The translations under genes and the position numbers were made by a program. 64,000 nucleotides of DNA. Origin: Octopus sinensis (lineage: Eukaryota). Below, one piece after another: positions 52,291 through 64,000 of the stretch. The notes beneath the pieces were generated by a model. That model saw nothing but the letters and a program-made list of their open reading frames with translations, ran no database searches and was not told the DNA's origin. The stretch is from the NCBI RefSeq assembly GCF_006345805.1, contig NC_043014.1, positions 10,726,001 through 10,790,000 on the forward strand, written 5' to 3'. The first letter of the stretch is position 1. The number at the start of each line of letters is the position of its first letter.

Positions 52291-53019
52291 TGTAACCATT
52301 TTTTTTGTTTCTGCTAACGTATTTCTGAAAGATCAAAGAAAGACATCCACGCAGATTCCTTTTCTCCTTGTTTACAAGACACTGGGGCCCTTGAAGCCAG
52401 ATATATAACGACTTTGAGGAAATACTGATAACATAAAGGAGAGAGAGAGAGAGAGAGAAAAAAAAAGGAAAAAAAAGCACGACAAAAACAAGAGAGAAAA
52501 ACTACTTATTATATACAAATGGCAAAAACAATCTCTTAAAAGCACCAACACCCATTAGAGAAAAGTTTAAAATAAAATACAAACGTATTACGATTGGGAA
52601 AAGGTAGCTGGATTTCTGTAGTAAATAAGAAATACATCGTATGTTTTTCTGGTTAGATATCGTAGGTGGCTACAACTGATCTTATAAGAAAGAGAAGGAT
52701 CAAGGGTTGTCGTATACAGATGCAATGTTGTAGCTTCTCTCTGATAAAGCTCTTGAGATGAGATTTACAACAGAGTATTAGTTTGTAATAATTCAACTTG
52801 AGATGATTGCCTGTTTCGAAGTTCTCCTAGAACAAAGTGTTAGTGTACTGGGTATGAGGTTAGATTTGGTAGGGAATCTTACATGCGTAGTATGGTAAGA
52901 TGACGACATTTCGGTTAGAATAATATATACAATTAGTATACGAAAACTTCTTCGCAATCGGGGGGTGGGGTGGAAGGAAAAAGAAGAAAGAGAGATAACT
53001 CTGATAATTTTTTCTATTA

Positions 53020-53600
53020 TAGGCACAAGGCCTGGAAGTTGGGGGAGGTGGGCAGTCGATTAGATCAACCCCAGTATACTACTGGTACTTAATTTATCGA
53101 CCCCGAAAGGATGAAAGGCAAAGTCCACCACGGCGGAATTTGAACCCAGAACGTAAAGATGGACGAAATGCCGGTTAGCATTTCACCCGACGTGTTAACG
53201 ATTCGTTTCTACTGTAGGCACAAGGCCCGAAATTTTGGGGGAGGAGACCAGTCGATTAGATCGATCCCATTACGCTACTGGTACTTAATTTATCGCCCCT
53301 CAAAGGATGAAAAGCAAAGTCGACCTTGGCAGAATTTGAACTCAGAACGCAGCAGCAGACGAAATACCTATTTCTTTACTACCTACAAGGGGCTAAACAC
53401 AGAGAGGACAAACAAGGCCAGACAAAGGGATTAAATCGATTATATCGACCCCAGTGCGTAACTGGTACTTAATTTATCGACCCCGAAAGGATGAAAGGCA
53501 AAGTTAACCTCGGCGGAATTTGAACTCAGAACGTAAAGACGGACGAAATTACGGTAAACATTTTGCCCGGTGCTAAGGATTCTGCCAGCTCGCTGCCTTA
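53020..53600 (-). mobile_element. SINE family A cluster (3 units)
   Basis: Repeated family bodies. Confidence 0.8.
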
Positions 53601-53691
53601 AAGATAACTCTAATAATACCAAGCAAAGTAGCTCGTTCTAAAATCTCCCATAAGAGATGCAAGCAGTAACTCTGCTGAAAAGTAATGTCTG

Positions 53692-54107
53692 TTGCCATTT
53701 CAACATGGCTGTTCCGTACGGAACGACGTTACTACTATTTTATAACCCCAGGAGAAGTTTTTCTCCAGCTGGTTAACGACAATCTGTGACCGATATATCG
53801 CAACCAGGGGAGCGAACCCCTACCATCTAGCAATTTGACAGGAGAGGTAGACCAGCTTGGTTCCAGGGTATTTACTTTTCCTCGGTACTGGACACCTGTA
53901 CGCTAGAGATGGCAGTCATTCGCCCTAGCTCGCAATATATAGAAAAATAAGCGACATTCAGCCGCTGATCTTGTAACAAGATTCGTTCCTGCTTGTAATA
54001 TATCGGACGCAGGTTATGTCGTTAACCTGCTGGGGAAAAAGTTCTCTTGGGGTTGAAGAAATAGTAATAACGCCGTTCCGTACGGAACCGCCATATTGTA
54101 GTGGCAA
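53692..54107. mobile_element. MITE-like element with imperfect TIRs of about 110 bp
   Basis: Both arms contain the palindrome gttccgtacggaac; the ends are ttgcca/tggcaa. Confidence 0.7.
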
Positions 54108-54536
54108 AAAAACATTACAAATCGATTGAATGAAGTTTTGGAAAATACCGAAAAGCCATACCATTCGCTGCTTTGTAATCAGCTCCGCTGATTACTGTAC
54201 TCCAAAAGAATGAAACCTATGGTAGCTCACGTTTCAAAGTTGTTTATGAAATAATATGCGTTTGTGTGTTAATCGTTCTACGTAAAGCTAAGTTTTTAAA
54301 ACAAAACCTCATTCAAATTTGAAATGCGATTTTATCTATAAATATATCTCTAATCCATAATTAAAATTACAAAATTAGTTCTCAGTTTCTTCGTATAACA
54401 ATCGCTTATTATTATCAAACTGTGCGGCTTTTAAAACTGTATGCGTTGTATTTATTTCGCCATCTTTCTAAAATATAGCAACCGAAATATTATTAGATGC
54501 AAATATATACGGTGGTGATACATAGAGACATATATA

Positions 54537-56590
54537 TCTATATATATATAAAACTGAGAATGTGTGTCTGTCTGTCTGTCTGTGAGTTTCCCTAAAACTT
54601 GAGAACTACACCACCAATTTCATTCAAATTTTACACATGCCTTACTTAAGGTCCGGGGAGTGTCATAGGCAAAAAAAATGTTAACTTTTTCCCTAGGGTG
54701 ACCCCACAGCAATATCATATCTTCTCCACTATTTCAGTATTACATGTTAAAAGTGAAAGAAAAACCTCTCTATTGTAATGCAGACACTTTCATTTTAATA
54801 CTGAAACTATTAAAATGAAAGTATTATATAACAGGGATGAACCATTAATAGTGGTCATCCTTTTTGCTAGAAGAAGATCCGCTATGGTCTTATATGCTAC
54901 ACCACTGGTTTTCAATTCATATTAATCAAATTAATATTTAATTTTTCACCCTTATTATGTGTGTGTGTGTGTGTGTATTAGCAATTCGTATAAAATTACA
55001 TCAATGACTTGAACTTGAATAAGTGGTTTCACATAAATGGGGATACATCAAAAAGGTTTGTTGTTATTATTATTACTGCTTGACTATTGTAATCACGTTT
55101 GTTGGTTCCTCGTCAGGGAAACGTTGTTGTGTTGCATTTGTTAAATAATTGTAAACCGTAACCCTCCCCCTTTCGGAGAAGGGGCTTTGGTTATTGTTTA
55201 AAAATTGAATTGTGTCCCTGTTTGGGAAAATTGACAATATTTTCACCGTCTTTACGGAAGCATTTTTGTTAAAATGCCTTCGATAGAAGAAAGTCCAAAA
55301 ATGAATTTCGCTGCAGCCGTACACTTTTATACAAGAGGGAGGACAAGATCCAATTGATCGAAATTGCAAGAGTCTGTTATATATTTTGAGTATTGTTATC
55401 ACTAGCGATATCAAGATATAACTTTGTATTTTGTATTTTATGTGTAGATGTCTATATATAGATGTACATGTAATATGTACACATATATATACACATATAT
55501 ACATGCATAATATATCTACCCATACACACATACGCACGCACACACACACATACATAGGGGCAGGTGTGGCTGTGTGGTAACAAACTACGTTCAAAACACA
55601 TGGTCCTGGGTTCAGTCCCAGTGTGTGGTAACTTGGCATGTGTCTTTTGCTGTAGCCTCAGACCAACAAAAGCCTTTTCAGTGGATTTTGTACATATATA
55701 CAGGCATACATATATATATACATGCATACGTACATATTCGGCATAAACACTCTACCACTACAACTAATAACTGTTGGGAACACTTTCAAACCTGCCTTAC
55801 ATTCGAACCGGAATCTCAACGCCCGAGTTTTCCATCTGAAGTTAATCTCTCTCATGGAACTCATACAAAAAGGGCAAGTCTTTGGGCCCATACAATGTGA
55901 CATGTACACAATCGAGTGGCAAAAAAGGGGCCTTCCACATACTCATATCCTGCTTTGACTCTCAGCGAAGATCAATTCCAATGACATCGACAAGATAATC
56001 TCTGCAGAGCTTCCTGATCCAGCTTTAGACAAAGAACTATACGAAATAGTTAAAGCAAACATGATACATGGTCCATGTGGGCGTGGATTCAACATAAACA
56101 CACCATGCTTGAAGGACAGCATATATTCAAAAAGATTTCCAAGGAGGTTCCTACAAGAAACTCAGACAGGTTCTGATGGGTATCCATCATACAGACGCAG
56201 AAAACCAGAAGACGGAGGTTTCACAGCAACTATCGGACAGCACGATATTGATAATGGATGGATTGTTCCATACTGCCCACTCCTGTCAAAGACTTTCAAT
56301 GCCCACATCAACGTTGAGTTTTGCAACTCCGTTAAATCCATCAAGTACGTTTGCAAATATGTAAACAAGGGTTCTGACGCTGCAATATTTGGACTTCAAC
56401 AAGAATACTGCCAGGATGAGGTGACGCATTATCAGATACATAAGTAGCAACGAGGCTTTCTGGAGCATCTTTGGCTTTCCAATTCACCAACGACACCCCG
56501 CCATTCAACAGCTTGCAGTGCACCTGGAAAATAGTCAAAGAGTGTACTTCACCGATGCTAATGCTTCTCTGTTGGCAGAGGAACCAAGGG
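54537..56590 (+). mobile_element. Decayed Helitron: 5' end plus Rep domain fragment
   Basis: A|TC-TATATATA start; 55815-56590 encodes IEWQKRGLPHTHILL (HUH), MIHGPCG, IVPYCP and HINVEFCNSVKSIKYVCKY motifs, interrupted by stops. Confidence 0.9.
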
Positions 56591-56726
56591 ATAGGTAGAT
56601 AAATAGATAGATAAATAGCTAGATAGATCGATCGATAAATCGATCGATAGATAAATAGACAGATAAAAAGGCGGACAAAGAGAAAGATAGATAGACAGAC
56701 AGACAGACAGATAGACAGGCAGACAC

Positions 56727-56792
<66 letters not shown>
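56590..56792. repeat. (GATA/GACA)n microsatellite
   Basis: Direct reading. Confidence 0.95.
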
Positions 56793-56794
<2 letters not shown>

Positions 56795-57769
56795 ATAATT
56801 TCTTTATTAGCCACACAGGGCTAAAGACTGAGGGGGCAATTACAATGTAGAGCTTTTCTTTTCGAGGGGCGCGAAAAAAGGGGGAGGACAACGATCAAAA
56901 TGGATCCAAATCGTTGGGAATATAAGCAAAATATGTCGAAACAGTACAAAAAGTTCCCAAGAAATGGGGAGGTATGTCTCTGGAAAGAAAAACCTACGGA
57001 AGACCACAGTAACCTCGGGCAATTACGTCACATATTAATTTATATTTACGAATAAGTAACTCTGTATTTAATTTTTTTACGGTTCATTAGATCATGTTCA
57101 AGGTGGCGTCGTCATTCATACGTGGTGGTGGTCATAGTGGTAGTGGTAGTGGTGGTGGTGGTCGTCGTGGTGATGGTGGCCATGGTGGTGATGGTGGTAA
57201 GGTGGTGGTGGTGGTGGCGGTGGTGGTGATGGTGGTGGTAAAGTGGTGGTGATGGTGGTGGTGGTGATGGTGGTGGGGTTTGTGGCAGAGTTGTCCTTTG
57301 ACTGTGAAGCTGTCGTCTGGCTTCTTCCAATTCATCGTGTGTCGGTGGCGGAGTTGGCGTCCATGCTCACACCTGCACCTGTGTTGCTCCCCCCTTCCTC
57401 CCTTCTTCATGAAGCTGTGGGGAAGGCAGGGTAGGGAAATCAACGTCGTAAAGCGTTGTCAAGGAGACCAGCCTTCTTTTAGAACAACGACTTCATGGCT
57501 TGAAGACGCCAAAACAAAAATGGCTAAGAAAGCCGAAAGCAAATTCTACAAAATCGGGAAACACGCCACACAGGGAAGGTTTCCCGTGCAAAGAATTTGC
57601 ACAACCGAATGTTTTAGTTGTTGCACAACTAATACATAAAAAATATTATCCAAACACAAATTTTGAAGGCAATATTGTATGGCGATGGTACTTGTGAAAT
57701 ATGGTAATAGATTTAATAGACAAAAGGAGAGAGCAGCGGTATAGTATGGTGGTGTTGGTTTAGGCGGCG

Positions 57770-58630
57770 GTGGAAATAGCGACGGCGGAGGTATTAGTGA
57801 CAGTGATGGTGGCGGCGGCGGCGGCGCGGCGGCGGTGGTGGTGGTGGTGGTGTGGTGGTCATGGTGATAGTGGTGGTGGTGGTTATGGTGGTAGTGGTGA
57901 TGGTGGTGGTGGTTATGGTGGTAGTGGTGATGGTGGTGGTGGCTATGGTGGTGGTGGTGATGGTGGTGGTGGTGGTTATGGTGGTAGTGGTGGTGATGGT
58001 GGTGGTTATGGTGGTAGTGGTGATGGTGGTGGTGGTGGTGGCAAAGGTGGTAGTAGCAGCGGCGGTGACCGTGGTGGTGCTGGTGGTGGTGGTGGTGGTG
58101 GTTGTGGTGGTGGTGGTGGTGGTAGTGGTGGTGGTTATGGTGGTAGAGGTGATGGTGGTGGTGGTTATGGTGGTAGTGGTAGTGGTGGTGGTGGTAGTGG
58201 TAGTGGTGGTGGTGGTTGGTGGTGGTGGTGGCGGCGGCGGGGGTGGTAGGGGCAGCGGCGGTGGTGTGGTGGTGGTGGTGGTGGTTATGGTGGTAGTGGT
58301 AGTGGTGGTGGTGGTAGTGGTAGTGGTGGTGGTGGTGGTGGTGGTGGTGGTGGCGGCGGGGGTGGTAGGGGCAGCGGCGGTGGTGGTGGTGGTGGTGGTG
58401 GTTATGGTGGTAGTAGTGGTGATGGTGGTGGTGGTCATGGTGGTAGTGGTAGTGGTGGTGGTGGTGGTGGTGGTGGTGGTCATGGTGGTGGTGGTGGTGG
58501 TGGTTATGGTGGTAGTGGTGATGGTGGTCGTGGTCGTGGTCATGGTGGTGGTGGTGGTTATGGTGGTAGTTGTGGTGGTGGTGGTGGTGGTCGTCGTCGT
58601 CGTCGTGGTGATGGTGGTGGTGATGGTGGT
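57770..58630. repeat. Degenerate (GGT)n array with an internal duplication of about 120 bp
   Basis: ggcggcgggggtggtaggggcagcggcg occurs twice. Confidence 0.9.
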
Positions 58631-58705
58631 GGTGTTTGTGGCAGAGTTGTCCTTTGACTGTGAAGCTGTCGTCTGGATTCTTCAATTCATCGTGTGTCGG
58701 TGGCG

Positions 58706-58805
58706 NNNNNNNNNNNNNNNNNNNNNNNNNNNNNNNNNNNNNNNNNNNNNNNNNNNNNNNNNNNNNNNNNNNNNNNNNNNNNNNNNNNNNNNNNNNNNNN
58801 NNNNN
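58706..58805. other. Assembly gap (100 N)
   Basis: Direct reading. Confidence 1.
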
Positions 58806-58999
58806 TTCTGCCTACCATACCCACGCTCACAATGCTTCGGTCTGCCCGACGCTGTAGTATAAGACACTTGACCAAGGTGCCACGCAGTGGGACTGAACCC
58901 GGAACCCGGAACCATGTGGTTGGGAAGAAAACCTTTTACCACATATCTTTTATCACATAACCTGCTAAATTTACTCACATAATTAAATAAAATACAGAT

Positions 59000-59395
59000 A
59001 GGCGCAGGGGTGGCTGTGTGGTAAGTAGCTTGCTAACCAACCACATGGTTCCGGGTTCAGTCCCACTGCGTGGCATCTTGGGCAAGTGTCTTCTGCTATA
59101 GCCCCGGTCCGACCGATGCCTTGTGAGTGGATTTGGTAGACGAAAACTGAAAGAAGCCTGTCGTATATGTGTATATATATATGTATGTATGTGTGTCTGT
59201 GTTTGTCCCCCTAGCATTGCTTGACAACCGATGCTGATGTGTTTACGTCCCCGTCACTTAGCGGTTCGGCAAAAGAGACCGATAGAATAAGTACTGGGCT
59301 TACAAAGAATAAGTCCTTTGCTCGACTAAAAGGCGGTGCTCCAGCATGGCCGCAGTCAAATGACTGAAACAAGTAAAAGAGTAAAAGAGAGTAAA
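59000..59395 (+). mobile_element. SINE family B, full-length
   Basis: Family consensus from head to gtaaaaga tail. Confidence 0.9.
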
Positions 59396-59770
59396 AGAGT
59401 ATATCTGCATACTAATGCAAATTTGTACGGACTACAAGAAATCCCGGACTATCGGTGTTGCCCGTTTACCTGAGACTCGGCATATCATTGTACAACAACG
59501 AATAGAATCAATTCGATTCTCACGCGAGGAGGATAAGACTTACCTTCCTTAGTTTATGGCACATAATAAACACATCTTGGTTGCTTATATTCCTTCTCTT
59601 GCAATTTCCTATATTCATGAATCGTTATCTACGATCCTTATAAGTTGGCAAATATATGACTTCAGGATAGAAGCTCAGCTATAAATATATCTGTGCAAAT
59701 ACAGGCATGGAGGTGTAGTTATTTGTAACACATATGCATACGTAGATACATGCATGCATACATACATACA

Positions 59771-59804
<34 letters not shown>

Positions 59805-59995
59805 CATACATACATACATGCTGCATACATACATATATATATATATATAAAATATATATATATAATATATATAAATATATACGTATATATGTATATGTAT
59901 GTATATATGTCTGTATACATATATATATGTAAGTATATATGTATATATATAAGTAATATATATATATAAGTATAATATATGTATATATGTATATG

Positions 59996-60027
<32 letters not shown>

Positions 60028-60264
60028 AGTAATATATATATATGTATATATATAGATGTATATATGTAATATATATTAAATATATATATGTATATATATA
60101 TACATATATATATATGTAGATATATATGTAATATATATATATATGTAATTTATATATATGTATATATACACATATGTATATGTATGCATATATATATATG
60201 TATGTATATATGTGTAGTATATAATGTATATTTATATGTGTATGTATATATAATATATGTATAT

Positions 60265-60315
<51 letters not shown>

Positions 60316-60839
60316 TATGTATATATACATACATATACAAATATATATACAGACACATATATATGTGTGTGTGTATATGTATATGTCCTTATACTTCTGT
60401 ATGCATATATACAAATCATATATACTATGCATTCATGCATACATACGTGTAAAAATATTAGGTGTAGGCGTGTCTGAGTGGGTAAGAAACTCGCTTTGCA
60501 ACCACTCGGTTTTCAGTTCAGTCCCACTGTGTGGCACCTTGGGCAAGTGTCTTCTTCTATAGCCGCAAGTCGAAACTGTTTGAAAACCCGTCGTATATGT
60601 GTGCGCCTGTGTGTGTCTTTGTCTTGGTTCCCCCGTCATTTAACCCCTGGTGTTGATTTGTTAACGTCCCCGTAATTAGCGGTTCGTTAAAAGACAATGA
60701 TAGGATAAGTTATAGCCCTAAAGCGAGTACTGATGGAGATTTGTTCGACTAAACCCTTCAAAGCAGTGCCCTAGCTTGGCCGCAGTTGAGCGGCTGAAAA
60801 AGCAAAAGGCATACACACATATATAAATGCACAATTGCT

Positions 60840-61938
60840 GTTTCTTTTCAGATATCATCAGAAAAAGGTAATTAAAATTCATTAAAATGATAAATCTATC
60901 GGACTTTCAAAGGGGTCAAATTGTTGGTGCTCGTATGGGTGGCACCAGCGTAACGAAAACAGCCGAAATGTTTGGTGTATCAAGAAGTACTGTCGTGAAA
61001 GTAATGACAACCTTTGAGAAAGAGGGAGAAACCTTCGCGTCGAAACAAAACTCCGGAAGAAAACCAAAATTTCAGATAGGGACCGTCGGACTCTTACGCG
61101 GATTGTTAGAAAGGATCACAAAAGTACAGAGCTTAATGACCACCTCACGAACCCAGTTTCCACAAAAACCGTTCGCCGAGAGCTGCATAAAGCTGGATTT
61201 CACAGGAGGACTGCAATCAGAAAACCACTACTTTCAAAAACAAATGTTGCAAAGCGTTAAGAGTGAAGTAACAACCTATAGAATTGGAAGAATGTTAGTT
61301 ACTTGGACGAGTCATCCTTTACCTTATTTTCGACCACCAGCCAAGTATACATGTGAAGACAGCCAAAAGAAGCACTTGACCCAGACTGCCTTCTTCCAAC
61401 TGTTAAACATGGAGGAGGATCTGTGATGATCTGGTGGTGGTGGAGCTATGTCTTGGAAATCCGCCGGCCCGATGGTTTCCCTTTATGGCAGAATTAATAG
61501 TCAAGACTATTTAAGCATTTTGTCTGATCAAATTCATCCTATGGTTGTAGAACTGTTTCCGGAGGGAAACACAATCTTTCAGGATGATAATGCCCCAATT
61601 CACACAGCTAAAGCTGTTACTGAATGGCATGAGGAACATTCTAATGAAGGTGAACATCTTATCTGGCCACCACAGTCCCCAGATCTCAATATTATTGAAC
61701 ATTTATGGGGCATTTTAGAAAAACAAGTAAGGATTCGATATCCTCCACCATCACCATCACAAGAACTGGAGACTGTTTTAGCTGAAGAATGGACAAAAAT
61801 TCCTTTGGAAACAAAAACTTTGTACAAGTCCATACCTCGTAGAATTCAAGCTGTAATTACTGCCAAAAGCAGTCCTACCCCGTATTAAAATAAATTTGTT
61901 TGAAATTTTAAGGTGTTTCAATTATTTTGTCCAACCTC
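60840..61938 (+). mobile_element. 5'-truncated Tc1 element with DD36E spacing
   Basis: MINLSDFQRGQIVGAR HTH start; FQDDNAPIH...WPPQSPDLNIIE; right TIR ggtgtttcaattattttgtccaacctc followed by TA; frameshifted. Confidence 0.9.
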
Positions 61939-61970
<32 letters not shown>

Positions 61971-62724
61971 TGTATGTATGTATGTATGTATGTATGTATG
62001 TATGTATGTATGTATGTATGTATGTACGTACGTAATGTGTGTGTATGTGTGTGTATATGTGTGTGTATGTGTGTGTGTGCACGTTTATGCTTGTTTATAT
62101 TTGTATATTTATGTTTGTTTACATATATATTTTCTCTAATGCGAAAAATAATATATTTCCTACGTGATATTTTCAGGAAAATATTAGATGTAAACGCGTA
62201 GGATATTCCAGGGTTATTTGTTGATATTTTCAAAGTCATTCGGTTGAATATTATTGATGAATCACTTAAAGAAAGTTAGGAAGGTGTGCTAATCGATTTT
62301 TTATATATAATACAAGATTACTGAGAAATAGCAATGATTTTGATTGGACAGTATACGTGATGACGTAAGCATATTTCGACGGGGTTCTTCAGAATACTTA
62401 CAAATAATATTTCCAAATAAGGTAAGTTGCACTATATAGAGATTTATTTCATTACCCCTGAATGGTTATTCACCGATCGGATGTCATTGCTTTTCTCAAT
62501 TGGTTGTGGGTACAAAACGGAGATCAAAATAATTCACGACACGTAGATTGGAATTATGGCGGAGGATTTGAGGGGGTTGACTTATAAAAATTTTGTCCAA
62601 GTTTCGATCCTACCCTGTAACATATGGGATAGTTTATTTTATTATAACGTTACTTTGATTTCAGAGATTGTTAATGAAAGTTGGAACACGGAAATTGTAT
62701 GGTTGCCCAGCTTACACACACACG

Positions 62725-62784
<60 letters not shown>

Positions 62785-62847
62785 ACACACAACACACACA
62801 CACACACCACACACACATACACACACAACACACACACAAACACAAAG

Positions 62848-63070
62848 GCAGCGAGCTGGCAGAAACGGGCGAAATGCGTAGCCGTATTTTGTCTGCCGTT
62901 ACGTTCCGTGTTCAAATTCCGCCGAGGTCGACTTTGCCTTTCATCCTTTCGAGGTCGATAAATCAGCTACCAGTTACGCACTGGGGTCGATATAATCGAC
63001 TTAATCCCTTTGTCTGTCCTTGTTTGTCCTCTCTGTGTTTAGTCCCTTGTGGGTAGTAAAGAAATAGAAA
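62848..63070 (+). mobile_element. SINE family A
   Basis: Family consensus. Confidence 0.85.
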
Positions 63071-63074
63071 TAGG

Positions 63075-63130
<56 letters not shown>

Positions 63131-63429
63131 GCACGCACACACAGATATATAAATACGGGAATGACCCATCATTTTTGAATTCTCTCAAATTGTCCTGCCC
63201 GCCTACATTCAACGCGCCAAACTAAGAATGGCTTTCCGTGGTTTGGGATTTAACTCCCATTTCTAGCGTAATGAAAAACCACTTAGTCGCTTTTCCTCAG
63301 ACTATAACTCTTATACACACATATAATATAATATTATTTGTAGTTTACGGACATTTTTACTCAAGCTGGCCACTGGTAAAAAATTAATATTTAATTTTTA
63401 CCCTATATTTAAAACTTTATATATCACTA

Positions 63430-63760
63430 TGTGGCAACTTGGGCAGTGTCTTCTACTATAGCCTCGGGCCGACCAAAGCCTTGTGAGTGGATTTGGTAGA
63501 CGGAAACTGAAAGAAGCCTGTCGTAGATATGTATATATATATATACATGTATGTTTGTGTATGTATGTGTGTCTGTGTTTGTCCCGCCAACATCGCTTGA
63601 CAACCGATGCTGGCATGTTTACGTCCCCGTAACTTAGCGTTTCGGCGAAAGAATCCGATAGAATAAGTACTAGGCTTACAAAGAATAAGTTCTGGTGTTG
63701 ATTTGCTCGACTGAAGGCAGTGCTCCAGCATGGCCGCAGTCAAATTACTGAAAGAGATAA
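63430..63760 (+). mobile_element. SINE family B, 5'-truncated
   Basis: Family consensus. Confidence 0.85.
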
Positions 63761-64000
63761 AAGAAATATTCTCGAAACGCCTTGGAGAATGATCAAGTAA
63801 AAAAATAAAATAAAATAAAAATAACGAATATGAAGGCATTATAAGAGGAGAATACAGCGGGTGCCGTTGAAACTTCTCACTGAGTTTTTGAATAGCATTC
63901 GTGGCAAAATTAGCGATATAGGGGCGAGTGTTGTCCTGTTAAAGATTCATGCTTGCTGTGTCAATTTGTTTTGGACTTGACACAACAAATGATATTATTA

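Noticed and set aside
51277-52480. Poly-K/E/F/S ORFs of 240-340 aa
   Set aside because: Stop-free simple repeats with no splice or start context.
57546-58862. Gly-, His-, Thr- and Val-rich ORFs resembling cephalopod beak or mucin proteins
   Set aside because: All frames are open because of (GGT)n, and the tract is embedded in repeat modules next to a gap. A GGY-rich frame exists but has no signal peptide or exon support.

Overview
Eukaryotic, AT-rich, repeat-saturated genomic DNA. The SINE families and the microsatellite density fit an octopod cephalopod (Octopus-like); this is inferred from repeat recognition, not from a search. Most long ORFs in the supplied track are microsatellite artefacts. 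Supportable content: three high-copy tRNA-derived SINE families; decayed LINE fragments (RTE, Tx1/L1-like); Penelope-like (PLE) fragments; Tc1/mariner fossils (mellifera-type mariner, DD37D maT, and a DD36E Tc1); non-autonomous Helitrons plus a Helitron Rep fragment; MITEs, two of which carry (TTAGGG)n; several minisatellites; many fold-back palindromes; and a 100-N gap. There is also a probable 3' end of an unidentified host gene: three in-frame plus-strand exons (23010-32673) with a GC-AG intron. The most interesting signal is a twice-occurring element with putative TSDs, built from two head-to-head arms. In the intact copy (44.7 kb) each arm has a tRNA-like Pol III head, an (AAT)n linker and a PLE-type minimal hammerhead ribozyme, which makes it a candidate SINE/retrozyme hybrid. 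A second, variant hammerhead-like family is also present.
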